Source of the DNA: a virus
Lineage: Duplodnaviria > Caudoviricetes
IMG/VR virus record: IMGVR_UViG_3300034375_009028
Reading direction: 5' to 3' (one strand)
Length of the DNA: 64,000 nucleotides
The notes beneath the pieces are model-generated. The model did not search any database, had not been told where the DNA came from, and worked only from the letters and a program-made list of their open reading frames with translations. Both the position numbers and the translations under genes were made by a program. Below, one piece after another: positions 16,706 through 25,203 of the stretch (position 1 is the stretch's first letter; each line of letters begins with the position of its first letter).

Positions 16706-16818
16706 GTATGTCAGCAAAAGAACAAACAACACATATACATTTATTTTAACATTTATAAGTTAAAAAAGCATTAAAAACAGGTAATTTCAGGTTAAATCTG
16801 CATATTATCAAATAGAAT

Positions 16819-17013
16819 TTAAAATCCCTTATTCTTCTTACTCACTGGTTCAATCACTTCAATATGACTTAACCATTTTGACTCAGTAATAAACCAATGA
16901 TTCTGAGTATCCTCCCAGTTATCAAAAACAACTTTTTTTCCATTCTGATGAATTACCACATAATGATGGCGATCATACGGAAGATGACTTGTTTGCTCAA
17001 ATACTTTAGTCAT
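16819..17013 (-). CDS. Conserved cyanophage hypothetical protein
   Basis: ORF track; PYDRHHY...FDNWED....WF pattern. Confidence 0.7.
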   Translation of the reverse strand: MTKVFEQTSHLPYDRHHYVVIHQNGKKVVFDNWEDTQNHWFITESKWLSHIEVIEPVSKKNKGF

Positions 17014-17018
17014 AACAA

Positions 17019-18029
17019 TTAAACAGTTACAATGTTTGCCGATGCAGTGCCAATCTTCAATGCAGTCTCAGAGAATGCAGAGATTGCTGGTGCAGTAATT
17101 GGTTTTAAGATTAAAATCTCTCTACAGTATAATAAGACAAACCAATCAAGCATTTGGTATAGCATCTTATACTTCTTTGGTTTCTTTAGAATCTCATCAC
17201 CATAATATCTTACAAAAATTTCTTTCACCTCGTCTATTATATCATGGCGCGTAACTACTCGTCCAGGTAGAACACTCTTCCAATATTTGAGATAATACCT
17301 ATCTGGTAAATCAGTAGAGACATAAAACACTGTATCATGAGAGTATTTCTTCATCTCTCGAAGATACACATCATCTGGTATATACTTCCATGTATCAGAT
17401 ACTGACTTCCATGGACAATACTTTATAAAATCTTCCTTTTGACTTGGAGTTAAATGATTTAAATCATCCTCTGTCCAGTTGATACCATAATATCTTCTAA
17501 CATGTACTCCAACATACTTCTTAAATACATTCTCTAAATCAACACGAAGACCATCATAATGTAATGTAATTAATGATAATGGATTCTTTCCATAAGGATA
17601 ATAACCTGTTCCTATTGGCGCACTGTTGATGAACATTAAATCACTTAACTCATATGATGCAAATTCACGATTTAATAACCGATTAAACATTCCATTATCA
17701 ACATGCCTAAAATGACCAATTCCAGTGAGGAACTTCTCTTTACTCATAAAATATGTTTTAGGGAATTTTAAAAAATATGTCTCTGGATATTGATCTAAAC
17801 AATAAACAATCTTATAATTCCATCCAGTAAATCGACCAATTAAAAATCCATGATGCCAAAAGTGTAAACGACTTCCAAATCCTGTATCTTGTATATCATT
17901 CTGATTATGAGATTCTAAATTGCTAAATGGTGAATTTTGACAATTATAAAATGAATAATTAGGAATCTTCCATGCTTCTGGCATACCAGAGAATTGATAT
18001 AACTCCATTAAAAATCGAATCTGTTTCAT
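17019..18029 (-). CDS. Fucosyltransferase-superfamily (NodZ/GT23/O-FucT-like) glycosyltransferase
   Basis: GFGSRLHFW, VGVHVRR, YVSTDLP and DWFVLLYC motifs of GT-B fucosyltransferases; TAAATA late-type site at about 18058-18063. Confidence 0.6.
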   Translation of the reverse strand: MKQIRFLMELYQFSGMPEAWKIPNYSFYNCQNSPFSNLESHNQNDIQDTGFGSRLHFWHHGFLIGRFTGWNYKIVYCLDQYPETYFLKFPKTYFMSKEKFLTGIGHFRHVDNGMFNRLLNREFASYELSDLMFINSAPIGTGYYPYGKNPLSLITLHYDGLRVDLENVFKKYVGVHVRRYYGINWTEDDLNHLTPSQKEDFIKYCPWKSVSDTWKYIPDDVYLREMKKYSHDTVFYVSTDLPDRYYLKYWKSVLPGRVVTRHDIIDEVKEIFVRYYGDEILKKPKKYKMLYQMLDWFVLLYCREILILKPITAPAISAFSETALKIGTASANIVTV

Positions 18030-18069
18030 TCAATCTATAACTTACTTACTTTTACATTATTTAAGCACA

Positions 18070-18099
18070 TAAAAAAACTTCCCCATTGAAGAGGAAGTT
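18070..18099 (-). terminator. Intrinsic terminator
   Basis: AACTTCC...GGAAGTT stem with a T-run on the minus strand. Confidence 0.6.
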
Positions 18100-18109
18100 A
18101 GGATCAATC

Positions 18110-18226
18110 TCATCTAATTTGAATTAAAATGATTGCTGCAATCACTAAACATACAACTGCAACATGACTCAATAATCCTAGATGATGTAAAACCAAAAGA
18201 ATCGCAAGAGTTAAAATTAAATTCAA
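18110..18226 (-). CDS. Small hydrophobic membrane peptide (TTG start)
   Basis: Hand translation (M)NLILTLAILLVLHHLGLLSHVAVVCLVIAAIILIQIR. Confidence 0.5.
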   Translation of the reverse strand: MNLILTLAILLVLHHLGLLSHVAVVCLVIAAIILIQIR

Positions 18227-18369
18227 TTGGACATCACCTTTTCATACAATGAATCAAATGCTTCTGCATCCATGTCATCAGGTGGATCACCCTCAAACAT
18301 CCTCATTATCAGTTGCTCTAATACAACTAACTCATCCTCAGTAAAATGAAAGATATACTCATGCGCCAT
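18223..18369 (-). CDS. Hypothetical protein (likely start MAHEYIF)
   Basis: ORF track 18223..18522 trimmed to avoid overlap with the upstream gene. Confidence 0.6.
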   Translation of the reverse strand: MAHEYIFHFTEDELVVLEQLIMRMFEGDPPDDMDAEAFDSLYEKVMSN

Positions 18370-18556
18370 AGTCAAATCGCTCCTGCCATAATTCAGTAAG
18401 TTTTTCACGTACACTCTTGAGCGCACATACTTTGTCTGGATCTTCTTCACGATAGTCGTAAAGTGCATAGTATGCATCCAACATTTGAACGACTGAAGAG
18501 ATAAGAATTTCATGTTCTTCACATGTCATCTCAAGATTCATTTTATCTTCATTCAT
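18359..18556 (-). CDS. Hypothetical protein
   Basis: ORF track trimmed to MNEDKMN (ATGA overlap). Confidence 0.65.
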   Translation of the reverse strand: MNEDKMNLEMTCEEHEILISSVVQMLDAYYALYDYREEDPDKVCALKSVREKLTELWQERFDYGA

Positions 18557-18819
18557 GCTGCTACCTCCACAACATATGCACTCTCCCATACATTATAAAA
18601 CATATCCCATGCCCATTCATCAGCAACAAAACTCAATAGATCACATTGATCACATACCCAATCATAGGCAGCATCACAATCTGCATTGGTGTCTGCTACA
18701 AACTCATACAGTTGTGCAATCGTACTGCGGAACTTTGGATCCTCTACATTGCTGATGAAGAACTTACCTTCATCCATCATGATGTGCTTACCAGTGATGC
18801 TGAATGATTTGGTGTACAT
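18553..18819 (-). CDS. Hypothetical protein (paralogue of 15664..15837)
   Basis: FRSTIAQLYEFVADTNADCDAAYDWVCDQC. Confidence 0.7.
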   Translation of the reverse strand: MYTKSFSITGKHIMMDEGKFFISNVEDPKFRSTIAQLYEFVADTNADCDAAYDWVCDQCDLLSFVADEWAWDMFYNVWESAYVVEVAA

Positions 18820-18861
18820 GGTGTTTTTTGAAGAAGAGAACGTGTGTCCTGTACAAATGAA

Positions 18862-19083
18862 TTATAGAGTATCGAACAATGCTCGCAACTGCTCCTGTGC
18901 CACCTTGCTCGGTGGCATACGGTCGAACTTGCTCAACTGATACCCCTCCTTCAATGCTTGCATAATAATGTTGTCATATGAATGAGAATGAAGAGGAATG
19001 TGACGATGATTCAAATAATCCTCACAATCCTCTGCAAGTTCCTCCTTTAACTCATGTGACAGCAAATTTAAATTAATGTTCAT
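18862..19083 (-). CDS. Conserved cyanophage hypothetical protein
   Basis: EELAEDCEDYL.HRHIPL.SHSYDNII.QAL.EGYQ. Confidence 0.7.
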   Translation of the reverse strand: MNINLNLLSHELKEELAEDCEDYLNHRHIPLHSHSYDNIIMQALKEGYQLSKFDRMPPSKVAQEQLRALFDTL

Positions 19084-19358
19084 AGTGACAATGATGCCCA
19101 ACGATCAATGTTACTATTATAATACACATTGATGACATCTGTCACACATTGGTTACATTCTGAATCACTAAATCCCCATTCACGATGATTCTCATACAAA
19201 TAATTGTATGCATACTTCTGTGCAATGATGGGATTGTCGTGGCGATTCAAAATACACAACAAACGTGTATTCACACGATCAATCACTTTGTCAGGAGTGT
19301 CAGTGTAACACTCCCACTCACTGCGCTTGATGACCAGTTGCTTCTCAGATACAATCAT
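19080..19358 (-). CDS. Hypothetical protein
   Basis: ORF track, 92 aa. Confidence 0.65.
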   Translation of the reverse strand: MIVSEKQLVIKRSEWECYTDTPDKVIDRVNTRLLCILNRHDNPIIAQKYAYNYLYENHREWGFSDSECNQCVTDVINVYYNSNIDRWASLSL

Positions 19359-19361
19359 GAC

Positions 19362-19511
19362 TCAAAACTCCCGAACAATCGAAGGCAGTTCTTCAGTGGG
19401 GAACTCACTGTCAATGTCCAGATCATTCCAATCCATAAAGTTTTCTTCCATCAACTGCTGAAGTTTCCATTCGTTGTAACTGTCAGCACCATCAAACAAA
19501 AGAGTTGCCAT
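19362..19511 (-). CDS. Small acidic hypothetical protein (likely start MATLLFD)
   Basis: ORF track trimmed to the ATG after the hairpin at 19524-19552. Confidence 0.6.
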   Translation of the reverse strand: MATLLFDGADSYNEWKLQQLMEENFMDWNDLDIDSEFPTEELPSIVREF

Positions 19512-19611
19512 GAGAACCTCAATAAAAAAGGTGTGTGGTCTTCCCACACACCTAATCTACATGCCACTCTCAACCCCATCAACCAGTGCTGTGACACCTG
19601 ATCAACTGTCC

Positions 19612-20715
19612 TTATTGTACAACCGTAATTGTTCGATCATCTGGATTCTCAACTGGATAATAATGATCTTGCCCCACAATTACCCCACAACCACTAAGTG
19701 TTTGATTAAAACCATTAAGATCTCTAAGAACATTTGGAATATCATCCTCTGGATGTCCTTGCATCCAGTACATTGGATAAATCACCTTTGTTGGATTTCC
19801 TAAAACTGTCGCCCACAAACTGTATGTACTATTACCCATAATAATATACTCACACATTGACATTAAACAAAGATCATATGAATAATTATATTGTCCAGTT
19901 ACAATCTTAGTTCTTGATGGTTCGTCCAAACTATTTAAAATTTTCTTTAATTCCTCATTCAACTGTTCTTGACTTGGATTTGTAATATCTACTGAATTTA
20001 GATTATTAATTGCAGTATCTAGTAAAAATGCATTATAGTTGAATCGATATGTTCCATCATAATCAAGTACCCTATCAATACTTTCCATCGTACTATCAAA
20101 ACCTTGATTGTTTTGATAAATGTCCTTAATAATGGTAAATCTGGATCTATCATAACTCAAATTATCTAAGATATACTCTGCTCTTTCTTTATTATTTGAA
20201 AATACTAGAACAGGTAGATCTTCTGGTAATTGTGCTAGAGCATTCTCATAATAATCATAATTACATAAAAACATTCCACTGACAATATCTTCAAAATCAC
20301 CAGCACGAATGTGCATCGCAATTACTTCACTACCAAATTGATTCTTAAATTCTTCACATTTATTCCTAATGTTCTCTTTAAAAACTAACTCACTCTTGAT
20401 TTGATCAAAAATATCAGAGATATAGTTGTTTGGAGTTGGATATACTGATATAGTGTGATCATCAAGAACTCCATTGCAGATTGTATCAAATCCAGCATCA
20501 TCATCAAATTCAAGATAACTTGTCCGTTCTTCAAAATTAGGATCAATGTTTAAAGTCAAATTATCAAATGTATTTCTAAGTGCCTTTAAATCTGAATTCT
20601 TAAGAACCCAATCAAATCCCCTCTTTGTTGAGATAGTTCTCATCATTACATAAGAGGATATTTGATATCCTAATCCTGTCGCAGAATCGTTAATTTGTTG
20701 TTGATAGGTAATCAT
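19612..20715 (-). CDS. Alpha-1,2-fucosyltransferase (GT11 family)
   Basis: GLGYQISSY, IAMHIRAGDF, YYENAL, VLVFSNN and DLCLMSMCEYIIMGNSTYSLWA are the GT11 motifs. Confidence 0.8.
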   Translation of the reverse strand: MITYQQQINDSATGLGYQISSYVMMRTISTKRGFDWVLKNSDLKALRNTFDNLTLNIDPNFEERTSYLEFDDDAGFDTICNGVLDDHTISVYPTPNNYISDIFDQIKSELVFKENIRNKCEEFKNQFGSEVIAMHIRAGDFEDIVSGMFLCNYDYYENALAQLPEDLPVLVFSNNKERAEYILDNLSYDRSRFTIIKDIYQNNQGFDSTMESIDRVLDYDGTYRFNYNAFLLDTAINNLNSVDITNPSQEQLNEELKKILNSLDEPSRTKIVTGQYNYSYDLCLMSMCEYIIMGNSTYSLWATVLGNPTKVIYPMYWMQGHPEDDIPNVLRDLNGFNQTLSGCGVIVGQDHYYPVENPDDRTITVVQ

Positions 20716-20780
20716 GAATCTTGTGTATAAATGTCTCTGTAAGGTGTCTAGAATCGCCTGTAATGCCCTTTAAATATTGT

Positions 20781-20993
20781 TTAGTGTAGTTTATCCATCT
20801 CTTCTGCAATTTCCAACAATTCCATAGATCCTTTGTAACTTATGGAATCACAATCTTCAACTAGTTCCTTAATCAAATATGCCAGAGACTTTGCTCCTAT
20901 TTGATCTTTTTTATATGAAGTTACTTTAGTTAAACGAGCGGCATATACTAAAAACTTTCTTTCTAATTCAATTGCTTTACTCTTTGCTGACAT
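20781..20993 (-). CDS. Hypothetical protein
   Basis: ORF track, 70 aa. Confidence 0.6.
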   Translation of the reverse strand: MSAKSKAIELERKFLVYAARLTKVTSYKKDQIGAKSLAYLIKELVEDCDSISYKGSMELLEIAEEMDKLH

Positions 20994-20998
20994 GATTT

Positions 20999-22075
20999 CT
21001 AATTAATAGTAAAAGAACGATGATCTGGATTATCTACACCTATATATGTCTCTTTATCCATTACCTTACCTTCCTCAACTCTTGTTTGATCAAATCCTTC
21101 CAGATCTCTAACAATTTTCTTTATATTATTTTGCTTCCAATACTTTGGATAAACTACTTTTTTACTGTCTCCAAGTATGGTTGCCCACATGCTATAATAA
21201 CTATTTGACATTATGTGATAATCACACATTGACATCAAACACAAATCAAAAGAATAATTATAGAGGTTGTTCTTTACTTTATCAACATACTTGGGATGCA
21301 ACTCTCTCACAAGTTCATCAATCTTCATTTTAATAGACTTTTTATTAATTGCTATGTCATTGGAGGCAAGATTGTCCGATGCCATTTTAATTAATGCAGT
21401 TTTATAATTATATTTGCACGTTGGATCAGTATCAATCAATCTATCCAATTCTTGTCCAACATCACAATTAATATATTCATTGTCATTGAATATATCAACG
21501 ATTAGTTCAAATCTACTATCAAATAAAAAATAAGGATCATTTAAATGTTGATCCTTATCATTTGTAAACAATAGTACTTTTACATCTTTTGGTAGTTCTT
21601 CCAATGCATATTCATAATAATCTACATTTGCTTCAAATCTAATTGATTTGGCACCCCTTTTGGGAACATGCATCGCAATAAATTGGTTCTCCTCAAACTT
21701 ATCTAAAAAGTCTTTACACTTTTGATATACCTCATCCCTAAACTCTAACTCACTAACAATATCATAAAAGTAATTGTCATCTTTAAAGATATTAGATGTT
21801 AGATTTAAAGATAAAATAGAATTGTCATTTAAGAATCGAACCACATTATCAAACTTATCAACATGATTTAGTTTTAATTCTTCAAATTCTTTATTACTAT
21901 CATCAATCTTCACATCAATATTTGAGAATGTATTCTTTAGTGCTAGTAAGTCACCATTATCAATACAATACTCAAATCCAGTAGTTTTTGATAGAGACTT
22001 CATCAATGTGTAGATTGACAACTGATGACCAAGACCAGTTCCATATGTATTATATCTTTGCTTGTACTTGATCAT
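20999..22075 (-). CDS. Alpha-1,2-fucosyltransferase (GT11 family), paralogue of 19612..20715
   Basis: GLGHQLSIY, IAMHVPKRG, YYEYAL, VLLFTND, DLCLMSMCDYHIMSNSYYSMWA. Confidence 0.75.
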   Translation of the reverse strand: MIKYKQRYNTYGTGLGHQLSIYTLMKSLSKTTGFEYCIDNGDLLALKNTFSNIDVKIDDSNKEFEELKLNHVDKFDNVVRFLNDNSILSLNLTSNIFKDDNYFYDIVSELEFRDEVYQKCKDFLDKFEENQFIAMHVPKRGAKSIRFEANVDYYEYALEELPKDVKVLLFTNDKDQHLNDPYFLFDSRFELIVDIFNDNEYINCDVGQELDRLIDTDPTCKYNYKTALIKMASDNLASNDIAINKKSIKMKIDELVRELHPKYVDKVKNNLYNYSFDLCLMSMCDYHIMSNSYYSMWATILGDSKKVVYPKYWKQNNIKKIVRDLEGFDQTRVEEGKVMDKETYIGVDNPDHRSFTIN

Positions 22076-22310
22076 CGTCGTAAATTGATTTTCTACTTTT
22101 TATGTATTTTAATTCATCCCATTGATGTTGATAACATAGAACAAGAACTCTGTCATTCTTATGTAGATTACAATCTATAAAGTTTTGTTCGTCTTTTGGT
22201 TTTACTAACAATTCAATGGTAATGTATTCACTACATTTAAAATAAACCCAACCTTGAACGTATTCATCCCAAATAACGTAATCATTTACTTTGGGGGTAT
22301 AGTTACTCAT
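22050..22310 (-). CDS. Conserved cyanophage hypothetical protein
   Basis: YTPKVNDYVIW..EGWVYFKC.EYITIE...VLCY..QW.EL.Y pattern. Confidence 0.7.
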   Translation of the reverse strand: MSNYTPKVNDYVIWDEYVQGWVYFKCSEYITIELLVKPKDEQNFIDCNLHKNDRVLVLCYQHQWDELKYIKSRKSIYDDDQVQAKI

Positions 22311-22509
22311 ATGATGTTAAATCTTCCATGAACATCCATTCTATAGCGTCATAACCATCAATCCTAAACTCATCATGCATAGAATCTGCATCTACAAGTT
22401 TACCTTGATCAATTAGACTAACAATGCGATTCATAAAATGTTCTTCCATTCTCACAATAGAGTCCGCCTGGACTTTATCTTGATCATATCCTCTTGGGTG
22501 AGTATTCAT
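22303..22509 (-). CDS. Hypothetical protein
   Basis: ORF track, 68 aa. Confidence 0.6.
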   Translation of the reverse strand: MNTHPRGYDQDKVQADSIVRMEEHFMNRIVSLIDQGKLVDADSMHDEFRIDGYDAIEWMFMEDLTSYE

Positions 22510-22624
22510 TCAAAAACTCCTGAATTGTTTTCATCTCTTTTACAATCTTTTCCAAATCTTTCTGAAGACTTGAGAGTCTATCTTGTTGTGCTTTAATGAA
22601 TTCGGGGTCATGAATGACAATCAT
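22484..22624 (-). CDS. Small coiled-coil hypothetical protein (46 aa)
   Basis: Hand translation MIVIHDPEFIKAQQDRLSSLQKDLEKIVKEMKTIQEFLNEYSPKRI; ATGA overlap. Confidence 0.5.
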   Translation of the reverse strand: MIVIHDPEFIKAQQDRLSSLQKDLEKIVKEMKTIQEFLNEYSPKRI

Positions 22625-22863
22625 GTAGTAAACTCCTCAACAACTTCAGAGGTAAGTCCTTCCTCTGCTAGCAAAAATGTAAGAGACTTTTGAATGTTTT
22701 CACGAAGATGACCATAAAATTGCTGATTGAATCCTTCATCTTTTTCTGCAATAAGATCGAAGCACTCTTCATCATTTTCAGCAATCACATTCCAAATTCC
22801 ACCATATTCAGATTGGGGGAAGGGAATGAAGTGCTCAACAACGTAAAGGAATTTGTCTGCCAT
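22621..22863 (-). CDS. Conserved cyanophage hypothetical protein
   Basis: KFLYVVEHFIPFPQSEYGGIWNVIAENDEEC; TTGACA-17-TAAAAT promoter at 22887-22915. Confidence 0.75.
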   Translation of the reverse strand: MADKFLYVVEHFIPFPQSEYGGIWNVIAENDEECFDLIAEKDEGFNQQFYGHLRENIQKSLTFLLAEEGLTSEVVEEFTT

Positions 22864-22911
22864 TGTTTCTTGTAATTTACCTCTTAATTTTAGAACAAAT
22901 TAAACTGAGTG

Positions 22912-23049
22912 TCAAGAATCATGCATGGGATGTTCATTCATAAGAATTGCCATCATGAACTCATTGTAGTCTGAAACTTCATTGAGATCCTCTTCTTCAC
23001 AAGATTGGTGCAGAAGAGCAAGACGCTGTTCAAACTCTTGATCAGTCAT
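22912..23049 (-). CDS. Small hypothetical protein (likely start MTDQEF)
   Basis: ORF track trimmed to the ATG downstream of the TATAAT at 23075-23080. Confidence 0.5.
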   Translation of the reverse strand: MTDQEFEQRLALLHQSCEEEDLNEVSDYNEFMMAILMNEHPMHDS

Positions 23050-23119
23050 TAGAATACCTGTTTGGTACATACTCATTATAGGGGTGGTTCCACCCCCATT
23101 GGGGTGGTCGTGTGCCAGT

Positions 23120-23560
23120 TTACAGACCTGTCCAGACCCTGCCACTATCGCACATGTAGTGAAGAAGGTATTTTTCTTCATTTCCATGCGCTTCTACCTC
23201 ATGTGGTGCATCGACACCACCACTGCTACAATCAATCCCTTTGTACACAAGAGAACCCTTTTTGAGTTTAAGACTACCATCAACCCACTGCTTCACATGA
23301 ATCAATTCATGCATGAGAGTGGTTGCATACAAACGTTTATCAAGATTGGATTGAATCTCAATCAAGAAGGTTCTTGGATTCCGTTCATTGCTCATGATGT
23401 CACACCAACCATAAACACCCTCTCGCTTCAATCCACGATGGTGTACTGTGATGTCAATAGTGTGTCGTGGATAAAATGTGGTAGAGAACCAAGTCAGTAT
23501 ATCTTCACAGAGATACTTTGGATACCCATACCCAGTGGTCTCAAAATAGAGCATGATCAA
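23120..23560 (-). CDS. Zinc metallopeptidase-like protein (HExxH)
   Basis: TLMHELIHVKQW ... PHEVEA zincin motif. Confidence 0.75.
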   Translation of the reverse strand: MIMLYFETTGYGYPKYLCEDILTWFSTTFYPRHTIDITVHHRGLKREGVYGWCDIMSNERNPRTFLIEIQSNLDKRLYATTLMHELIHVKQWVDGSLKLKKGSLVYKGIDCSSGGVDAPHEVEAHGNEEKYLLHYMCDSGRVWTGL

Positions 23561-23586
23561 ACTGAGGTTCTATCCCATTGTAGCAT

Positions 23587-24513
23587 CTATCTCAAACCTA
23601 TGACTTCACATTTTCTAAAGTGATTTGGTCGATTGTTAAGTCTTACTGATGATTGCCCCCATTGAGAGTCTGAGGACAATATAAATTTATAACAATTGCT
23701 TAAAGCAAAAAGATCAAACAGATCCCGAACTACTGTTCTTAAAGGAGCATTTACTACATTGGTAGTATTATTCAAATCTAAAGAATATTCTTCATTAACC
23801 AATTCTTCAAATTCATTAACATAATCACTTATACAATACAAATTATCATACCTATTCCTATAATATTGATACAATTCTTCTGGCAAATCAGTACTCATAT
23901 ACACATTTGAATCAACTTTATCCAAGACACTAAAATATTGTTTATCAGTAATCCAAGGAGGATCTGTTGATATTTTTTCTCTAAGCATGGTGGGTGTATT
24001 CCACAATTTATAATATTCAAGTCTTATTTTTGCATTTGGTAAAGATCTCAATTTTTTATTCCAGTCTTTTTTGGGAACTCTGACACCATGCCATCTCCTC
24101 AAATGAAAACCCACAAAATTATTAAATTTGGTAAAAAATGAGTTTACTTTATCGGATTTAAATTTTATATTCCATAAAGGATCCTTAAATTTTTGTGCAA
24201 ATTGATCATTAATAGCACACATACCAAAGATTCTCCAATATGGATAATGTTTTAAATGATTCCCATAATAATGAAGAGGTTTCCATTTTATTTTGGAAAT
24301 CTCTTCAGCATTCATTACAATTGTATTTGGTAAATGTAAAAATTCATATTCCGCCCATTCATAATCAGGTATTACTATGGTAAGAGAATAATCCTGGGCA
24401 CATATTGATGCCTGTGCCCAGGCAAATAATCTACTACCCAAACCTAAATCAAAACTATGGGCAGAACAGTTGCCCTCTGTCAGAATATAACCCACCCTAT
24501 CCCAAACAATCAA
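23587..24513 (-). CDS. Fucosyltransferase-superfamily glycosyltransferase, paralogue of 17019..18029
   Basis: GLGSRLFAW, VGFHLRRWHG, YMSTDLP, DLFALSNCYKFILSSDSQWG; likely TTG start at 24513. Confidence 0.65.
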   Translation of the reverse strand: MIVWDRVGYILTEGNCSAHSFDLGLGSRLFAWAQASICAQDYSLTIVIPDYEWAEYEFLHLPNTIVMNAEEISKIKWKPLHYYGNHLKHYPYWRIFGMCAINDQFAQKFKDPLWNIKFKSDKVNSFFTKFNNFVGFHLRRWHGVRVPKKDWNKKLRSLPNAKIRLEYYKLWNTPTMLREKISTDPPWITDKQYFSVLDKVDSNVYMSTDLPEELYQYYRNRYDNLYCISDYVNEFEELVNEEYSLDLNNTTNVVNAPLRTVVRDLFDLFALSNCYKFILSSDSQWGQSSVRLNNRPNHFRKCEVIGLR

Positions 24514-24611
24514 TAAACAGCAATATTTATTAATCCATATACAACTCGTGTTCCCCAATGCATGAACCAAACGAATGATCCAACAAAGATAAGTTTGTCA
24601 ATTCTTGTCAT
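24510..24611 (-). CDS. Small membrane peptide (33 aa)
   Basis: Hand translation MTRIDKLIFVGSFVWFMHWGTRVVYGLINIAVY. Confidence 0.55.
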   Translation of the reverse strand: MTRIDKLIFVGSFVWFMHWGTRVVYGLINIAVY

Positions 24612-24705
24612 GTTTTTTGTGCTCATCTAGATGATTGAACCAAGGAGAAAAAAGTGCTAGCATTGCCCACGCAACACCAGCACTTATGATAATGAAGTAC
24701 ATCAT
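24598..24705 (-). CDS. Small membrane peptide (35 aa)
   Basis: Hand translation MMYFIIISAGVAWAMLALFSPWFNHLDEHKKHDKN. Confidence 0.55.
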   Translation of the reverse strand: MMYFIIISAGVAWAMLALFSPWFNHLDEHKKHDKN

Positions 24706-25142
24706 TTTGCATAGAGATAAGAACCTGCCCAGTCAGCGTGCTCAAACAACCACTCACGTTGCTCAATCAATCGCAGGTCATAACGAACACCTTTGGCAGG
24801 TGACTTGATGCTGGCAGGTTTATACACTTCACCAGTCTTCTTATCAACAAAAGCATGAACAGATCGAGAACCATTAGCACTCATCATGATTTTGTGATAC
24901 TTACGTCCACTCTCAACAGTGAACTCATAACCACACTGACCATTGCGAAGATCTTGAATGCAGGCAATGTGGTAGTGAGCGTTCTCACCACGCACCACAC
25001 TGCGATTATGTGCTTTGATGCTGTAATCAATGTAGTTCTTCAGCAGAGCATCACACAGCATATAGCACCACTTTGTAACATTCAGTTGGATGGTGTTGCG
25101 GGCATCCTGCTGGGAAGCGTAGTCAGCGAAGGTGGCAGTCAT
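24702..25142 (-). CDS. Conserved phage early protein (GRKYHKI..VHAFVDKKTGEVYKPAS family)
   Basis: Motif as named; TATAAT at 25165-25170 with an upstream GGGTCTCCA/TGGAGACCC hairpin. Confidence 0.8.
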   Translation of the reverse strand: MTATFADYASQQDARNTIQLNVTKWCYMLCDALLKNYIDYSIKAHNRSVVRGENAHYHIACIQDLRNGQCGYEFTVESGRKYHKIMMSANGSRSVHAFVDKKTGEVYKPASIKSPAKGVRYDLRLIEQREWLFEHADWAGSYLYAK

Positions 25143-25203
25143 GGGGTTGATTGCGTATGAGACTATTATAAGGGGTCTCCATTGGTTTGGAGACCCTCAG
25201 TGG

